A stretch of DNA of 18,489 nt from the NCBI GenBank assembly GCA_024626585.2, contig JANKJI020000002.1, positions 213,675,915 through 213,694,403 of the forward strand. The letters are read 5' to 3'. Both the position numbers and the translations under genes were made by a program. The notes beneath the pieces are model-generated. The model worked only from the letters and a program-made list of their open reading frames with translations, was not told the origin of the DNA and made no database searches. Origin of the DNA: Ginkgo biloba (taxonomy: Eukaryota; Plantae; Ginkgophyta). Below, piece after piece: positions 1-10,318 of the stretch (positions are counted from its first letter, which is position 1; each line of letters starts with the position of its first letter).

Positions 1-663
1 TCTCCTTTTGAGGCTTATTTGGGTTTCCTTCCCAAATCTCCTCTTGATTTTCAACTTCTAGCATTGCCTTCTATATCTTCTTCTTCTAAGAAGTAGGCTC
101 ATGCGTAAGCTACTCATTTCATCGAGCACATTTAGAGAGTAGATAGGTAGGTACATGAGGCCTTAGAGAAGGTTCAACATAACTATAATTGGGCCATCGA
201 CCATCATCATATAGATCATACATTTCAAGTAGAAGATAGAGTTTGGTTTTATCTTCCAAATGAGAGGTTTAAGAAGAAGGGGAGGAAGATCAAGCGTTTG
301 AGCTATGGACCTTATAACATAGTGGAGTAGTATGGAGAGAATGCCTTTAAATTCTTCTCACCACCTTATATGGGACTCCATCCTATGTTTAATATGGACA
401 AGTTAAATCTCTATAAGCCACTAGTGATAAAGGAGTGTGTCATTGATTTGCCTCAACATCCAGATGGCATACTTATAGATTTTATAGATCCTATTTAGGA
501 TGATAGGGTCTTCAAGCAGTATGCAAAGAAGATAAAGTATTTTACATTAGACCCATTCCTTGTTGAGGAAGGGTTAGTATTCCATATTAGGCTAAATGGG
601 TTACCTTAGACAGATTGAAGAAGGAGTTACTACATCTATTGGACCAAGTAACATGGTCCATAA
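1..663 (+). mobile_element. Decayed Ty3/Gypsy (chromovirus-type) pol 3' end: integrase C-terminus with GPY/F motif and chromodomain-like remnant
   Basis: Manual translation of frame 1 gives SPFEAYLGFLPKSPLDF...FQVEDRVWFYLPNERFKKKGRKIKRLSYGPYNIVE*YGENAFKFFSPPYMGLHPMFNMDKLNLYKP (GPY at 307-315). This matches the Gypsy integrase tail pattern SPFE..G..P.. / F.VGD.V / GP[FY].I / NA[YF].L.LP / HP.FN. After frameshifts it reads RKG*..Y*AKWVTLDRLKKELLHL, resembling a chromodomain tail. It has many TAG/TAA stops and is non-functional. Confidence 0.9.
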
Positions 664-670
664 CTTCCTT

Positions 671-682
671 AGAGGAGAGGAA
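671..682 (+). promoter_or_regulatory. Polypurine tract (PPT) of the Gypsy element
   Basis: AGAGGAGAGGAA lies directly after the integrase/chromodomain frame and 4 nt before a TG LTR start (TGTGC at 687). Confidence 0.8.
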
Positions 683-686
683 TTAA

Positions 687-1197
687 TGTGCTATTAGGTA
701 GGAGGGAGCTAGCTTTTGGTTCCATGGAATCTTCTTACAGAATTATGACCATAAGGAATCTATTTGAGATATTTTACTTTATTAGATTTTCTTTCACTCA
801 CTCATCTTTCTCTCTCTCTCTCTCATTTAATCAGTTATGGGCTAATTCTAGTTAATGTATATACAAAGTCATATTACTATTCTAAATAGTTCCTTTAATA
901 TTCATTAACTAAATATTGTGAGGTTAGTAGGATTAGTAGGAATATTGCATGGAATATTCTCTAAGGAATCTACTAAATGTGATAAGGGACTCTTCTCATA
1001 TAAAATAGCCTTAGGTTTATTCTCATACACTTCTTATCATTTTGTATTCTTTATGTATTATTTAAACTTTATAATAAAGAGATATTTTCATTATCTTAAG
1101 TGTTGTGAATGGTTCTCGCTTTGATTTATCTTAGAATCGTTGATTGATTGGGATAAATCTTATTAATTAAATCCCCATGAATGCATAAGATATCACA
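687..1197 (+). mobile_element. 3' LTR of the Gypsy element (minimum extent; may continue to ~1500)
   Basis: Starts TGTGCTAT after the PPT. TATAAAA at 999-1005 and AATAAA at 1073-1078. Candidate end ATATCACA at 1197 is a 7/8 inverted match to the start. The right boundary is uncertain because similarity to the second copy (15429 onward) continues past 1197. Confidence 0.7.
809..824. repeat. (TC)8 microsatellite inside the LTR
   Basis: tctctctctctctctc read directly. Confidence 0.9.
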
Positions 1198-2698
1198 TAA
1201 GATATTTTATAGGTGATTTTATAGATTTTTAAAACAAGTATGGTTTATTTTTGGGCTAAGTTAAAAGGAACACATTTTTGGGATTCATTGTTTGTATTTT
1301 TAGCTAAGTTGTAGACCACACCATATTTTTACACATTGTACCGTATTTTTTTATTATATAAATATGGTACCACATAAGTACATACTCCAAGTGTACAAAC
1401 CAATAAAACATTCACTACAATCATGCACATTTACATGATATTAATAAATTTATCATATAAAGAGATGTTTTGACTATATAATTTGATAGATAGCTAAGTT
1501 TNNNNNNNNNNNNNNNNNNNNNNNNNNNNNNNNNNNNNNNNNNNNNNNNNNNNNNNNNNNNNNNNNNNNNNNNNNNNNNNNNNCCAATTACTAAGTAGGT
1601 ACTTCATTCTCATGAACCTAAAGTCTACAATAGTGTACTAAGGGAATTATTTATGTAAGTAGCCCATGTGCACCAATAAGATTGTGCCAACTAATAGGAG
1701 AAACCAATGGTAGATAAAAAATCCTATTTAATAAATAATAAAAAGGGAATTATCTTCATATGGTATTCCCTTTAGTCATATCCCTTTAAGGTTATACCTC
1801 CATAAGACCAAGTGCTAGGCCTCTATGTGTCCTACAACACATAAGTGTAATCATGTAAAATGAAAAAAGGCTACTAAATGACTCAAGGCAATAAAAATAT
1901 ACCAACGTTGAGATAAAGAGCTAGATCATGTAGGTTGTCATTTGACCAAAGGTGGTGAAAATGATAAGAAGATATAATGAAATATAAAGGGATGTGGATT
2001 TGAAATATTTACAAAAAGTTGTGAGGCAAAATAAAAATCATGATATAGCATAATGACATGATACTTTACACAATTACCAAGGAACACAAAAATGATACAA
2101 GGTTGTGATGGAATAATAGGGTACCTTCAAGACACCATAATTCTATATAAACTACCATATTATCTCCTATACCATATGGAAAGCATCCACATCATTTAGT
2201 TTTATCCAAGAAGTTGAAATGAATAGTTTTATTATTTCCTCAATATTAAAATTATGAAACTTATAAAAGTCTGGCAAGGGTTAAAAGTAGGGATTCCTTA
2301 AAATAGTTCTTTGAATCTAAGTTTTTTCCTTCAATAGTTGAATTTGTTGAATTTCTTTGATCTCTATTATTATTCCTTCTTCTCCAAGCGTTAAGCTNNN
2401 NNNNNNNNNNNNNNNNNNNNNNNNNNNNNNNNNNNNNNNNNNNNNNNNNNNNNNNNNNNNNNNNNNNNNNNNNNNNNNNNNNNNNNNNNNNNNNNNNNNN
2501 NNNNNNNNNNNNNNNNNNNNNNNNNNNNNNNNNNNNNNNNNNNNNNNNNNNNNNNNNNNNNNNNNNNNNNNNNNNNNNNNNNNNNNNNNNNNNNNNNNNN
2601 NNNNNNNNNNNNNNNNNNNNNNNNNNNNNNNNNNNNNNNNNNNNNNNNNNNNNNNNNNNNNNNNNNNNNNNNNNNNNNNNNNNNNNNNNNNNNNNNNN

Positions 2699-4589
2699 GT
2701 ACCTATAATGCATGAAGCAATAGATAACTTAAGAGTCCTAGTTATATCTTGTATAATATGAAGTGAAAACTAAAAAATAGTGGGATAATAATCATAGAGG
2801 TAACACCATGAGTGGTTATCACATTTTTTGCACAAATAGAGGACCTCCTATATAATATGATGAAGTAGGACAATTAATGGTTCAATGTTACTAGTGTTTC
2901 AAATGGGCATGTTTTACCAAGGACTATATGGAACCAACTAAGAGAATGTTTATTTGTTCAAAATTTGGGTCAATGAATCATTTAGACCAAACGTGCCTAC
3001 AATAAGAGGGGGTTAATTTTATTTTTCAAGATTATTTATATGGCACAACCACCTTTAAGGTTAAGACATAGTGTATAGCCAAACAATAGTGTTTAGAACC
3101 TCAAAAGGAGAAAACAAGGTTGCAAAAATATGAAGCCTTGATAAATGAGTTATAGTAGGTGGAAGGTATTATGTTAATAATATATTTTACCATAAATCAA
3201 AATATTATACAATGGAATACTTAGTTACTCTAATTAGAAAAATAATTCTTAGAAATAGAAATGCTAGTAAAGGTGGTTGCATTAGTATCCAAGTTCCCAA
3301 ATAATTTATAAGATATGGTAAAGTAAGTTCATAAGAAATATTGATTGCTCCATCAATTGTATCAAAATCATTTGCAAATATTATTTTAAAATGTATGGAA
3401 CCCTGTAAGTTAATCCAAGGAAATATTTTATGGATAATATTAAGCAAGGGTGCTTTCAAAAAATGAATCAAGATCAGGCAATAGTGATTATGATTACTAT
3501 CCAAGACAAGGAGATATTATAAACTATTGATGATAGAGGATTAGGAGTTAAACTTAACTTATAAGAATATTAGAAGTATTTGGGAAATATTGCATTATGG
3601 CCACTATGACTTGAACTTTAGATCATAGATCATAGTCAAGTAATTCCAAGATGATTATTGATGGGACAATAAGTGTGCATTGTAGAAAAGAAATTTTGGA
3701 TAGACTTTGTAATCATACCCATGATTTTAGGATTTGCAACATATACAACACTTTTATGGCATCCATGGATAAGGGATGTGCAAGTAATACAACAATGGGA
3801 AAAAAATAAGCATGCCATTAAGAAAGGAAGAAAATGCTTCTACATTAATGATCTAAAACATAGTCATTGAATAATTGAGCTCTTCAAGTTCAGACTTTGA
3901 AAGAGATGAACAAAGCGAGAATAAATAAGAAGATGAATGAGACCCTTAAAGGAAGGAATGATCATTTTTTATCCATGATCATATGATTATGCTCACTCTA
4001 ATAGTGGTCTCCTACATTGGTAATAAGAGGAATATGAAATTATCTTCCTTATATGTTATCTTGTCAAGAAGGAAGAATCACCTAGTAGAGATTCCTTCCA
4101 ATTTTAAAATAGGTAATACACATTTAAGTTTAGAACCATCCTATAAGATCCATCCCATTGAGGAAATAAATCATGAAGAACCATCAATGATGGAAGNNNN
4201 NNNNNNNNNNNNNNNNNNNNNNNNNNAAAAGATATTCATGTGCAGTACTTGGGATTCCACACCTATCCAAGTATTGTTAATTATTTTTCAAGAGTATAAA
4301 TATGTGTTCACATGGGCATATCATGATCTCAAGTGAGGTAACAAGGAATTATGTGAGGACCACATTAAATTATTTCCTAAATTAAATCTCATACGATGAT
4401 GACCATACTGCACTGATCTTAAGCATAGCACTTAAATCCAACTAGAAATTAAACAAATGATGGATATAGAAATCATATTCAAGGTCACTACTAGTAAATG
4501 TGCATCACCAATTATGGTTTCTATAAATAAGAATGAAATTATATTCATATGCATTGACTTTTAAAATTTTAATGCAACACCAAAAATGA
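2699..4589 (+). mobile_element. Heavily decayed Ty3/Gypsy non-chromovirus (Tat/Athila-like) gag-protease-RT N-terminus
   Basis: Two degenerate CCHC knuckles: QCY*CFKWACFTKDY (2883-2927) and FKIW/GSMNHLDQTC (2957-2996). Protease-site remnant TIDDRGLGVK (3523-3552; cf. IIDGGSGVN) and YTTLLWHPWIRDVQVIQQW (cf. Y.LLLGRPWL.D....H.W). RT start FQEYKYVFTWAYHDLK*...LCEDHIKL...PY...EIKQMMDIEII...SPIMVSINKN...ICIDF..FNA (cf. EYKDVFAW.Y.DLKG...SPIV.V.KKNG..R.C.D...LN). It ends at a 100-N gap. Confidence 0.85.
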
Positions 4590-4689
4590 NNNNNNNNNNN
4601 NNNNNNNNNNNNNNNNNNNNNNNNNNNNNNNNNNNNNNNNNNNNNNNNNNNNNNNNNNNNNNNNNNNNNNNNNNNNNNNNNNNNNNNNN

Positions 4690-5669
4690 TATCCCTCCCT
4701 AACAAGTGTCCTCTTTGTAAATTCTAGGGAGAATCTTTCTCCTATCTTTTCTTGTCCTATTGGTTTTGTTCTAATGTCTGGATACTCATCTTGAAAGCCT
4801 TAAATTCTCCCCTTTCCTTCCCCGATTCATTTCCCTCGATCCTCTCCCAATGGCATAAACCTTATCTAAAATCCCTATCTTGTAAACCTCTCCTAAAGGA
4901 ATATTTTCTCTTGGTGCTTCCCTTCACCTACTAGTCTCTTTGGATGGCTACAAATTCCTTAATATTCAGAGGTATCCTTTGTCCCCCATCCTCTCTTATT
5001 CTAAAAAATTTCATTTGCATTTGAGAATCTCTATCCCTGAAACCTTTTTAATATCCTTCTCTCTATGACTCTGATGAGTTGGCCTTCCTTTCCCTTTTTA
5101 ATATTTCCCCAGTCCCTCCCTCTCTAAATCTCCCTCCTTCATTTTCCCTCCCCTCTTATTCTCCCTCTCATTTTTTTGGTGAGGCCTCTAAAGGTAATTC
5201 AGGTACAAGTGGATGTGGAGGTCTAATTATTTTTCCTCATTCTCATATTTGCATAAGTTTTACATGTGGATTAGGATAGAGCTCAAATAATGTGGAAAAA
5301 ATCTTGGCTCTTCTTCATGGTCTCATACTTGTGATTCACCTCTAGGTAAGCTTATTTTTAGTGTTTGGAGACTTCAATATTATGATATCTTCATTAAGAG
5401 GTGCGTTGTCAATTAAAAATATTTTATTAAGCTCTCTACTCAAGGAATCTATGTTTCTAGCTTCTCTTCTCTCCACTGTATCCTGGTCCCATGTTCCTAG
5501 ATCAACAAATACAAAATCAGACCTCTTAGAAAATAAAGCGACGCTTCTTCCTAAAGGTGTCATCCATTATGCTCTCTCTCACCTCCAGAAAACTATTCTC
5601 CTAGATGGCCTTAATCTGCCCAAAGTGATGGATGTACTTAGCCCACAGTCTCTGACCTCTTATGCTTAA
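4690..5669 (+). mobile_element. 3' part of ORF2 of an L1-type LINE: zf-RVT zinc finger plus C-terminal RNase H-like domain (pseudogenised)
   Basis: The track ORFs at 4752, 5079 and 5361 are all in one frame. It reads SLPNKCPLCKF*GESFSYLFLSYWFCSNVW (cf. RC.LC...ES..HLF..C.F...VW), then *SLWMATNSLIFRG (cf. W.LW..RN..IF.G), then RNase H motifs FFGEASKGNSGTSGCGG (cf. FDGASKGNPG.AG.GG), GLG*SSNNVEKILALLHGL, VFGDF and HVPRSTNTKSDLLENKA (cf. HV.R..N..AD.LAN.A). Confidence 0.9.
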
Positions 5670-5787
5670 ACATCTTTCTCTTCTTTATCATCTCCCTATA
5701 GTGTTTCCTTATCTCAATTATATACTTGGAGCTACCAGGTCCCTCCTTGCATCTCTTGGCTTCCTTGCTTTGGGATTTCTTGGTTTG

Positions 5788-6132
5788 ATGGCATCTCCCT
5801 CTACACCTATTGAAGAAACTCATAAGATTGATTAGCTGGAGAAGGATATGGAGGATTTAAAGGCAAAAGTTTCTAGATAAGAAAGTGATCTTTGTTCCTT
5901 GGTATCTTAAGCTAAGGACCACTAATTGAAACTCACAGAATTAAAATATCTCTTCAAAATGCATAGGTCAGTGCTAAATAGAAGGCTGAGGAAAATCCAA
6001 ATCAAGGTGGACGAAATGAAGGAAGAGCTCATGGAGATAAAGAAAGTGAAAAACTCCATTGAAGAGGAAAGATCCATGGATATAGAGTGGTTAGAAGGGT
6101 TTGAATACCTTATAGAAGACCAAGGCGACTAG
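5788..6132 (+). pseudogene. Decayed 114-codon ORF for a coiled-coil-like protein of unknown family, directly 3' of the LINE ORF2
   Basis: ATG at 5788 is in frame with track ORF 5926-6132: MASPSTPIEETHKID*LEKDMEDLKAKVSR*ESDLCSLVS*AKDH*LKLTELKYLFKMHRSVLNRRLRKIQIKVDEMKEELMEIKKVKNSIEEERSMDIEWLEGFEYLIEDQGD. There are no frameshifts. All four internal stops are TAG/TAA, one C>T change from Gln codons. The sequence is E/K/L-rich and heptad-like. Confidence 0.55.
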
Positions 6133-6533
6133 TAATTCTCATAAGTTAATATTATTGTTATCAAAAGTTAATCTTGTTATTTTTTCTCTGCTAGGAGGTT
6201 CTTTTCATAATATCTGTTTTAAATTTTATTTTGGTAAATGGGATCATAAGTCCATATTTTTTTCTCAGGTGAAACATCCTTATGAGGAAGTATTTGTTAT
6301 AGTTCCTAAGATAAACCAAATATTTACTATATGCTGATATTTCCCCTCACTAAGCCTAACCTGGTTCCTCCCCAACCCAGATGTGAGTGAGCTCTTCTAT
6401 ATTTTCAAAATTTTCATACCATTTAAAAGTATCNNNNNNNNNNNNNNNNNNNNNNNNNNNNNNNNNNNNNNNNNNNNNNNNNNNNNNNNNNNNNNNNNNN
6501 NNNNNNNNNNNNNNNNNNNNNNNNNNNNNNNNN

Positions 6534-6679
6534 GCATGCTTAACTCCCAATTAAGCTCCCTTTTGACCTTTTTCCTTGTTGTTAAGGGCTTATTTGGTGT
6601 TTTCTCAAAGTCAAACTCCTTTGACCAAATTTTGACCAAGTTTGACTTTCCTTTGACTGGGGTTGACTAGGCTATAACA
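6534..6679. mobile_element. Probable LTR terminus (…GGCTATAACA; TGTTATAGCC on the minus strand) with clustered TTGAC(C/T) units
   Basis: Ends in TAACA exactly where the adjacent LINE reading frame is cut off. Contains TTGACY at 6563, 6621, 6632, 6642, 6653 and 6663, and the reverse form AGTCAA at 6609. The other end is hidden by the 6434-6533 gap. Confidence 0.55.
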
Positions 6680-9102
6680 CCTCCATTGACCTTAGGCATG
6701 GTGCAAATGTCCCAAGCAATTAAGAGTGAACCCTTGCTGGCCCCTTACTTTCCCCACAATATTCCCATAATAACCCTTCCATTTTGGGTATAACCAAATT
6801 TGGCCAAAAAGAGACAGGACGAATAATATATATGCCCTGTAACAAGGATCCTGTCTACCACTGTCACTTTTTCCGCCAAAGGGAGGTTTCTAATAATCCA
6901 CGTTTGAATTTAGTAGATAATTTTTTCAACACCCACTACCACTGATCTCTAGGAGAAACAATGACACCAATGGGGATACCCAAATATCTAATAATCCTCC
7001 CTGGTTGAATGATTTTCCATCCCTTATTCCACTAGTCTAGAGCTATGCCTTGTCCAATAAAGATAACCTCCATTTTTTCCTTACTAACTACTACCCCTGC
7101 TGCTTTTGAAAAAGTTTCCAAACATGCCAACATACCACCCACTAATTGTTGGGTACGCTCAAGTGTGAATGACGAGTCATCTATAATGTGCATGTTAAGA
7201 AGTTGGTTGCCAGCTGGGAGAAATATGCCTTTGATCTGTCCANNNNNNNNNNNNNNNNNNNNNNNNNNNNNNNAAGGCTTTTGCTGTAATGGCATATAGG
7301 TAAGGGGCTAAAGGACAACCCTGTCTAATGGATCTATGCAACTAGACTATATCAATAAGCCCTCCATTAACAACCACTCAAGACAAGGCATGGAAAAATA
7401 AAGTCGAGACCAAATGGATTAAGAACTCTCCAAATCCCAACCATTCAAGCATATCTAATATAAAGTCCTATTCAATCCGATTATAGGCTTTATCAAATCT
7501 TGATGAAGAGAGCCTTTTGCCCAGTTTTCTAAGCCCAATTTATACTTTCCCAGGTTGTAATTAGATTATCCAATATGAACCTGCCTTTGATGAAGCTTGT
7601 TTGTTCATGCTTGATAATTCTGGAAACTATCAATTGAATTCATTAAGCCAAGGCTTTTGCCAAAATTTTATAGGAAACATTAAGTAGAGTTATAGGTCTC
7701 CATCCTCCTACCATATCCCTCTTAGTTCCTTTTGGGATGAACTTTATCACCCCTGCATTGATCATTTCTCCCATTATGCTTTTCCTGATGGATTCTCTGG
7801 ACATCTGAAGAAGATCATTTCCAATCACTGGCCACATTTTCTTATAAGACTCCACAAGCAACCCATCCAATCTAGGCAATTTTTTGTTGTTCATTTGCTT
7901 CATAACATCTTCAAGCTCCTCAAGCTCTATTGGTTGTGACAACCAATTTCTTTCATAGCTTGCTACTTTTGATGGCACTATCATTTTAACCACTTCTTTG
8001 GGCTTTGCACGTTTGGAATCACATCTAAGGGTAGAGAAGATTTGTTGAAAATGCTTGTGAAAATTTTCTTTGATACAGGCCTCATTCTCAAAGATGACAC
8101 CTTGCGAGTCTTGATTAGCAAGAATTCTCTCTGAATCATGCTTTTTTTTAAATACTGGAAAACAACTTTGGAAGGAGCATCCCCATATTGGATCCAGTTG
8201 AGTTGGGCTCGAATTTTGGCTCCTTTAGCTCTAAATTCTTCATATTGCCTTAGTTGGTTTTCTAGATCCTCAACCTTTTGTTGAAGTTGTATGTTATGCA
8301 AATCTTGTTCTAATTCTTTTCGAATGAGACTCAAACTCCTAAGATTTTGTTCCTAGCCTCTTCTAATTCTTGCTACCATTTTCCCCCATCCTCTCAAGAA
8401 TTTTCTTGTATGCAGGACTGTTGCCTCCCACCATAGGATCTACCCTTCTTCATTCTGTGGGCGAGATACTAAATTCCAAATTCTCTCAATGACTTGAAGA
8501 CATTCTTTCGAGTCCAATAGTGATACATTGAGTTTGTAAGGAAGTTTGGCACTAATACCACACCCGTCCCCTATTACCATGGTTGTTGAAACAAGAAGGT
8601 GATCAGAACCTATCACTGTGAGTTCAATATGCACTGTTCTAGAATGATTGGAAACAAAAGTGGTTGTAGAAGGGTTGGCATAAAAACTATCCAAGCGTGC
8701 ATGAATGCGATCATCTCCTTTTTATCGACTTGACCATGTATAACAACCTCCAACAACACGTGACTTTTTTTCCCACACCATGTCCTTGACTCCTAGCACC
8801 CGTTTACAATCTTTCCAGGCTTTGCTTTCCATAGTGCTAATAGTAAGGCCTTGTCCTGCAACTCTATCTCCATCCCACTCGACCATATTAAAGTCCCCCC
8901 CCCTCAACCCCAAGACCCACTCAATGACTAGAAGCAAATGTGCCATCAAATCCCATAGTTGGGCCCTGTCCATTAGATCATTAGGAGCATAGATTGAACA
9001 AAAATCCCAAATAGTGTTGGCTAGCATCAAAGTGATGCGACAACACCTAGCCATTGGATCTTCCCCTTTCACTACAAAATAATGAGAGAGCCAAGAAGCA
9101 AT
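6680..9102 (-). mobile_element. L1-type LINE ORF2 fragment: AP-endonuclease plus reverse transcriptase; 5'-truncated, frameshifted, interrupted at its 3' side
   Basis: Minus-strand motifs occur in canonical order. EN: SIYAPND, GGDFNMVE, YTWS, ARLDSFY, GSDH, PYKLNVSLL. Linker: GAKIRAQLNWIQYGDAPSK. RT: KLPRLDGL..E.YK..W, WRPITLLNVSYKILAKAL, QTSFIKGRFILDN, DKAYNRI (~7480-7495), SIRQGCPLAPYL (~7297-7332), IIDDSS (YADD-equivalent, ~7170-7187), RYLGIPI (~6968-6990), LIAWDICTMPKVNGG (to 6680). Confidence 0.95.
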
Positions 9103-9632
9103 TTACTGTCCCTGTTTTGTTGCTCTCCTGAAATTTTTTCTTTCTTTTCAAAGCCAACTGCTTGTCTATTTACTACTTCTTGAATTTTGCAAAATCCATC
9201 TATTTCTGTCATTTAAAGGCCATTGCTTTTAAAAGTTTTCTCTAGTACCCGCCAATATACGCCAATCGCCTTGAAAACCTTTACAGAAGCTATCTTCAAG
9301 TCTTCTACGGACAAATGATTATTAACGGGAAAGTTCAAGTTGTGAGCAAATAGACCATTAAAGCCCGAATCAACTGACCCCTCCATTGTTGCTCAGCCCA
9401 GTGCTTTGTGTTGCTTTTATTTGGAAAAACATGATGGAATTTTTGGATTGCATGGTCAGAATTGCTTTTGCTTGGTGCCTCGTTTCTTCAGCTTGGTTAT
9501 TTTCTCCAGCGGTTGTCTTATTTCACTCATTCTTTTGCTGTGATATCTACAACCAACTGTAACAGTCTATGGACTTGGCGGGAAGTTGCATGGCTTTTAA
9601 GCTTTCTTGAAATTGTAACATGCAGAATCTCT

Positions 9633-9653
9633 TTCTTCTTCTTCTTCTTCTTC
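9633..9653. repeat. (TTC)7 microsatellite
   Basis: Read directly; lies in the non-TE region upstream of the host exon. Confidence 0.9.
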
Positions 9654-10137
9654 TTTTTAATTTATTATTATTAAATCAAAGTGTGTATCGTCCAAACTTT
9701 CTTTTTTTTTTTGGATTATTTTTTCAAAAAGGTTTGGGTTTATTATCTAAAGAAAAAATCTTTAAGTTTNNNNNNNNNNNNNNNNNNNNNNNNNNNNNNN
9801 NNNNNNNNNNNNNNNNNNNNNNNNNNNNNNNNNNNNNNNNNNNNNNNNNNNNNNNNNNNNNNNNNNNNNCGTTTGGAATCGTCCACTAATTATGTAAACG
9901 CTGGAAATGTACGTCGTAGCATTTACTAGAACAGTAATTCTAGTGACGATATTAATTGATTCAAGAAATTATGTCTTAATGCATAATGTGTGGCGTCCTC
10001 TTATCCACACGGCTTACGCGTTAACCGTTAACTTCGACGAACGAATTGTAAACACACTCTACAAAAGCCAAGTGTCACATGTTTGTACGCACAAAATATA
10101 TTCATACATGTTTGTGTACACGGGCGCAGCGACGGAG

Positions 10138-10312
10138 ATGGAGGCCCAAATTCGAGCAGAAGAGAAGTCTCGCGATGTTATTGCAGTTACCGTTTGCAAT
10201 GATAAGAGCAAGCATGCAGTTAAATGGGCGCTGGATAATCTTATATCTCCTCGAGGAAGCTGCCTGATCCTTATTCACGTGCGATCGCCAATTCTCGCCA
10301 TTCCAACACCCA
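10138..10312 (+). CDS. First coding exon of a plant protein with an N-terminal USP-like (STK_N) domain, probably a U-box/USP Ser/Thr kinase (PUB33/34/35/51/52-like family)
   Basis: Translates MEAQIRAEEKSRDVIAVTVCNDKSKHAVKWALDNLISPRGSCLILIHVRSPILAIPTP, matching the family pattern VAVA...K.S.HA.KWA.DNL....L.L.HV.....IPTP(MG). The similarity ends at CCCA|GTATGA, a phase-1 donor that would split the ATG of the usual IPTP-M-G. An AT-rich intron-like tract follows. A possible acceptor GCAG at 10126-10129 suggests an upstream UTR exon or coding exon. Confidence 0.85.
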
Positions 10313-10318
10313 GTATGA
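10313..10318 (+). other. 5' splice donor (GTATGA) opening a probably very long intron
   Basis: GT at 10313-10314 coincides with the end of protein similarity. No recognisable next exon was found in the remaining 8.1 kb, although N-gaps could hide one. Confidence 0.7.

Noticed and set aside
1431-1446. ACA-TGATATT (also ACA-TGATAT at ~16098 and ACA-TGGTTCCA at ~16176) as a degenerate PBS
   Set aside because: Only about half the positions match the tRNA-Met PBS, which cannot be told from chance in AT-rich DNA.
1584-2397. Possible leader or gag N-terminus of the Tat/Athila-like element
   Set aside because: Plausible by position, but I found no motif I can identify, and it is bounded by gaps on both sides.
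2261-2761. ORFs spanning N-runs (here and at 6356-6670, 9620-9929, 12224-12943, 13623-13872, 15104-15289)
   Set aside because: Their length comes from X codons; they are artefacts of the gaps.
4690-9102. Joining the + strand zf-RVT/RNase H and the - strand EN/RT into one LINE with an inversion
   Set aside because: The domains are complementary, but they are on opposite strands and separated by an LTR end and a gap. No breakpoint or TSD supports a single element.
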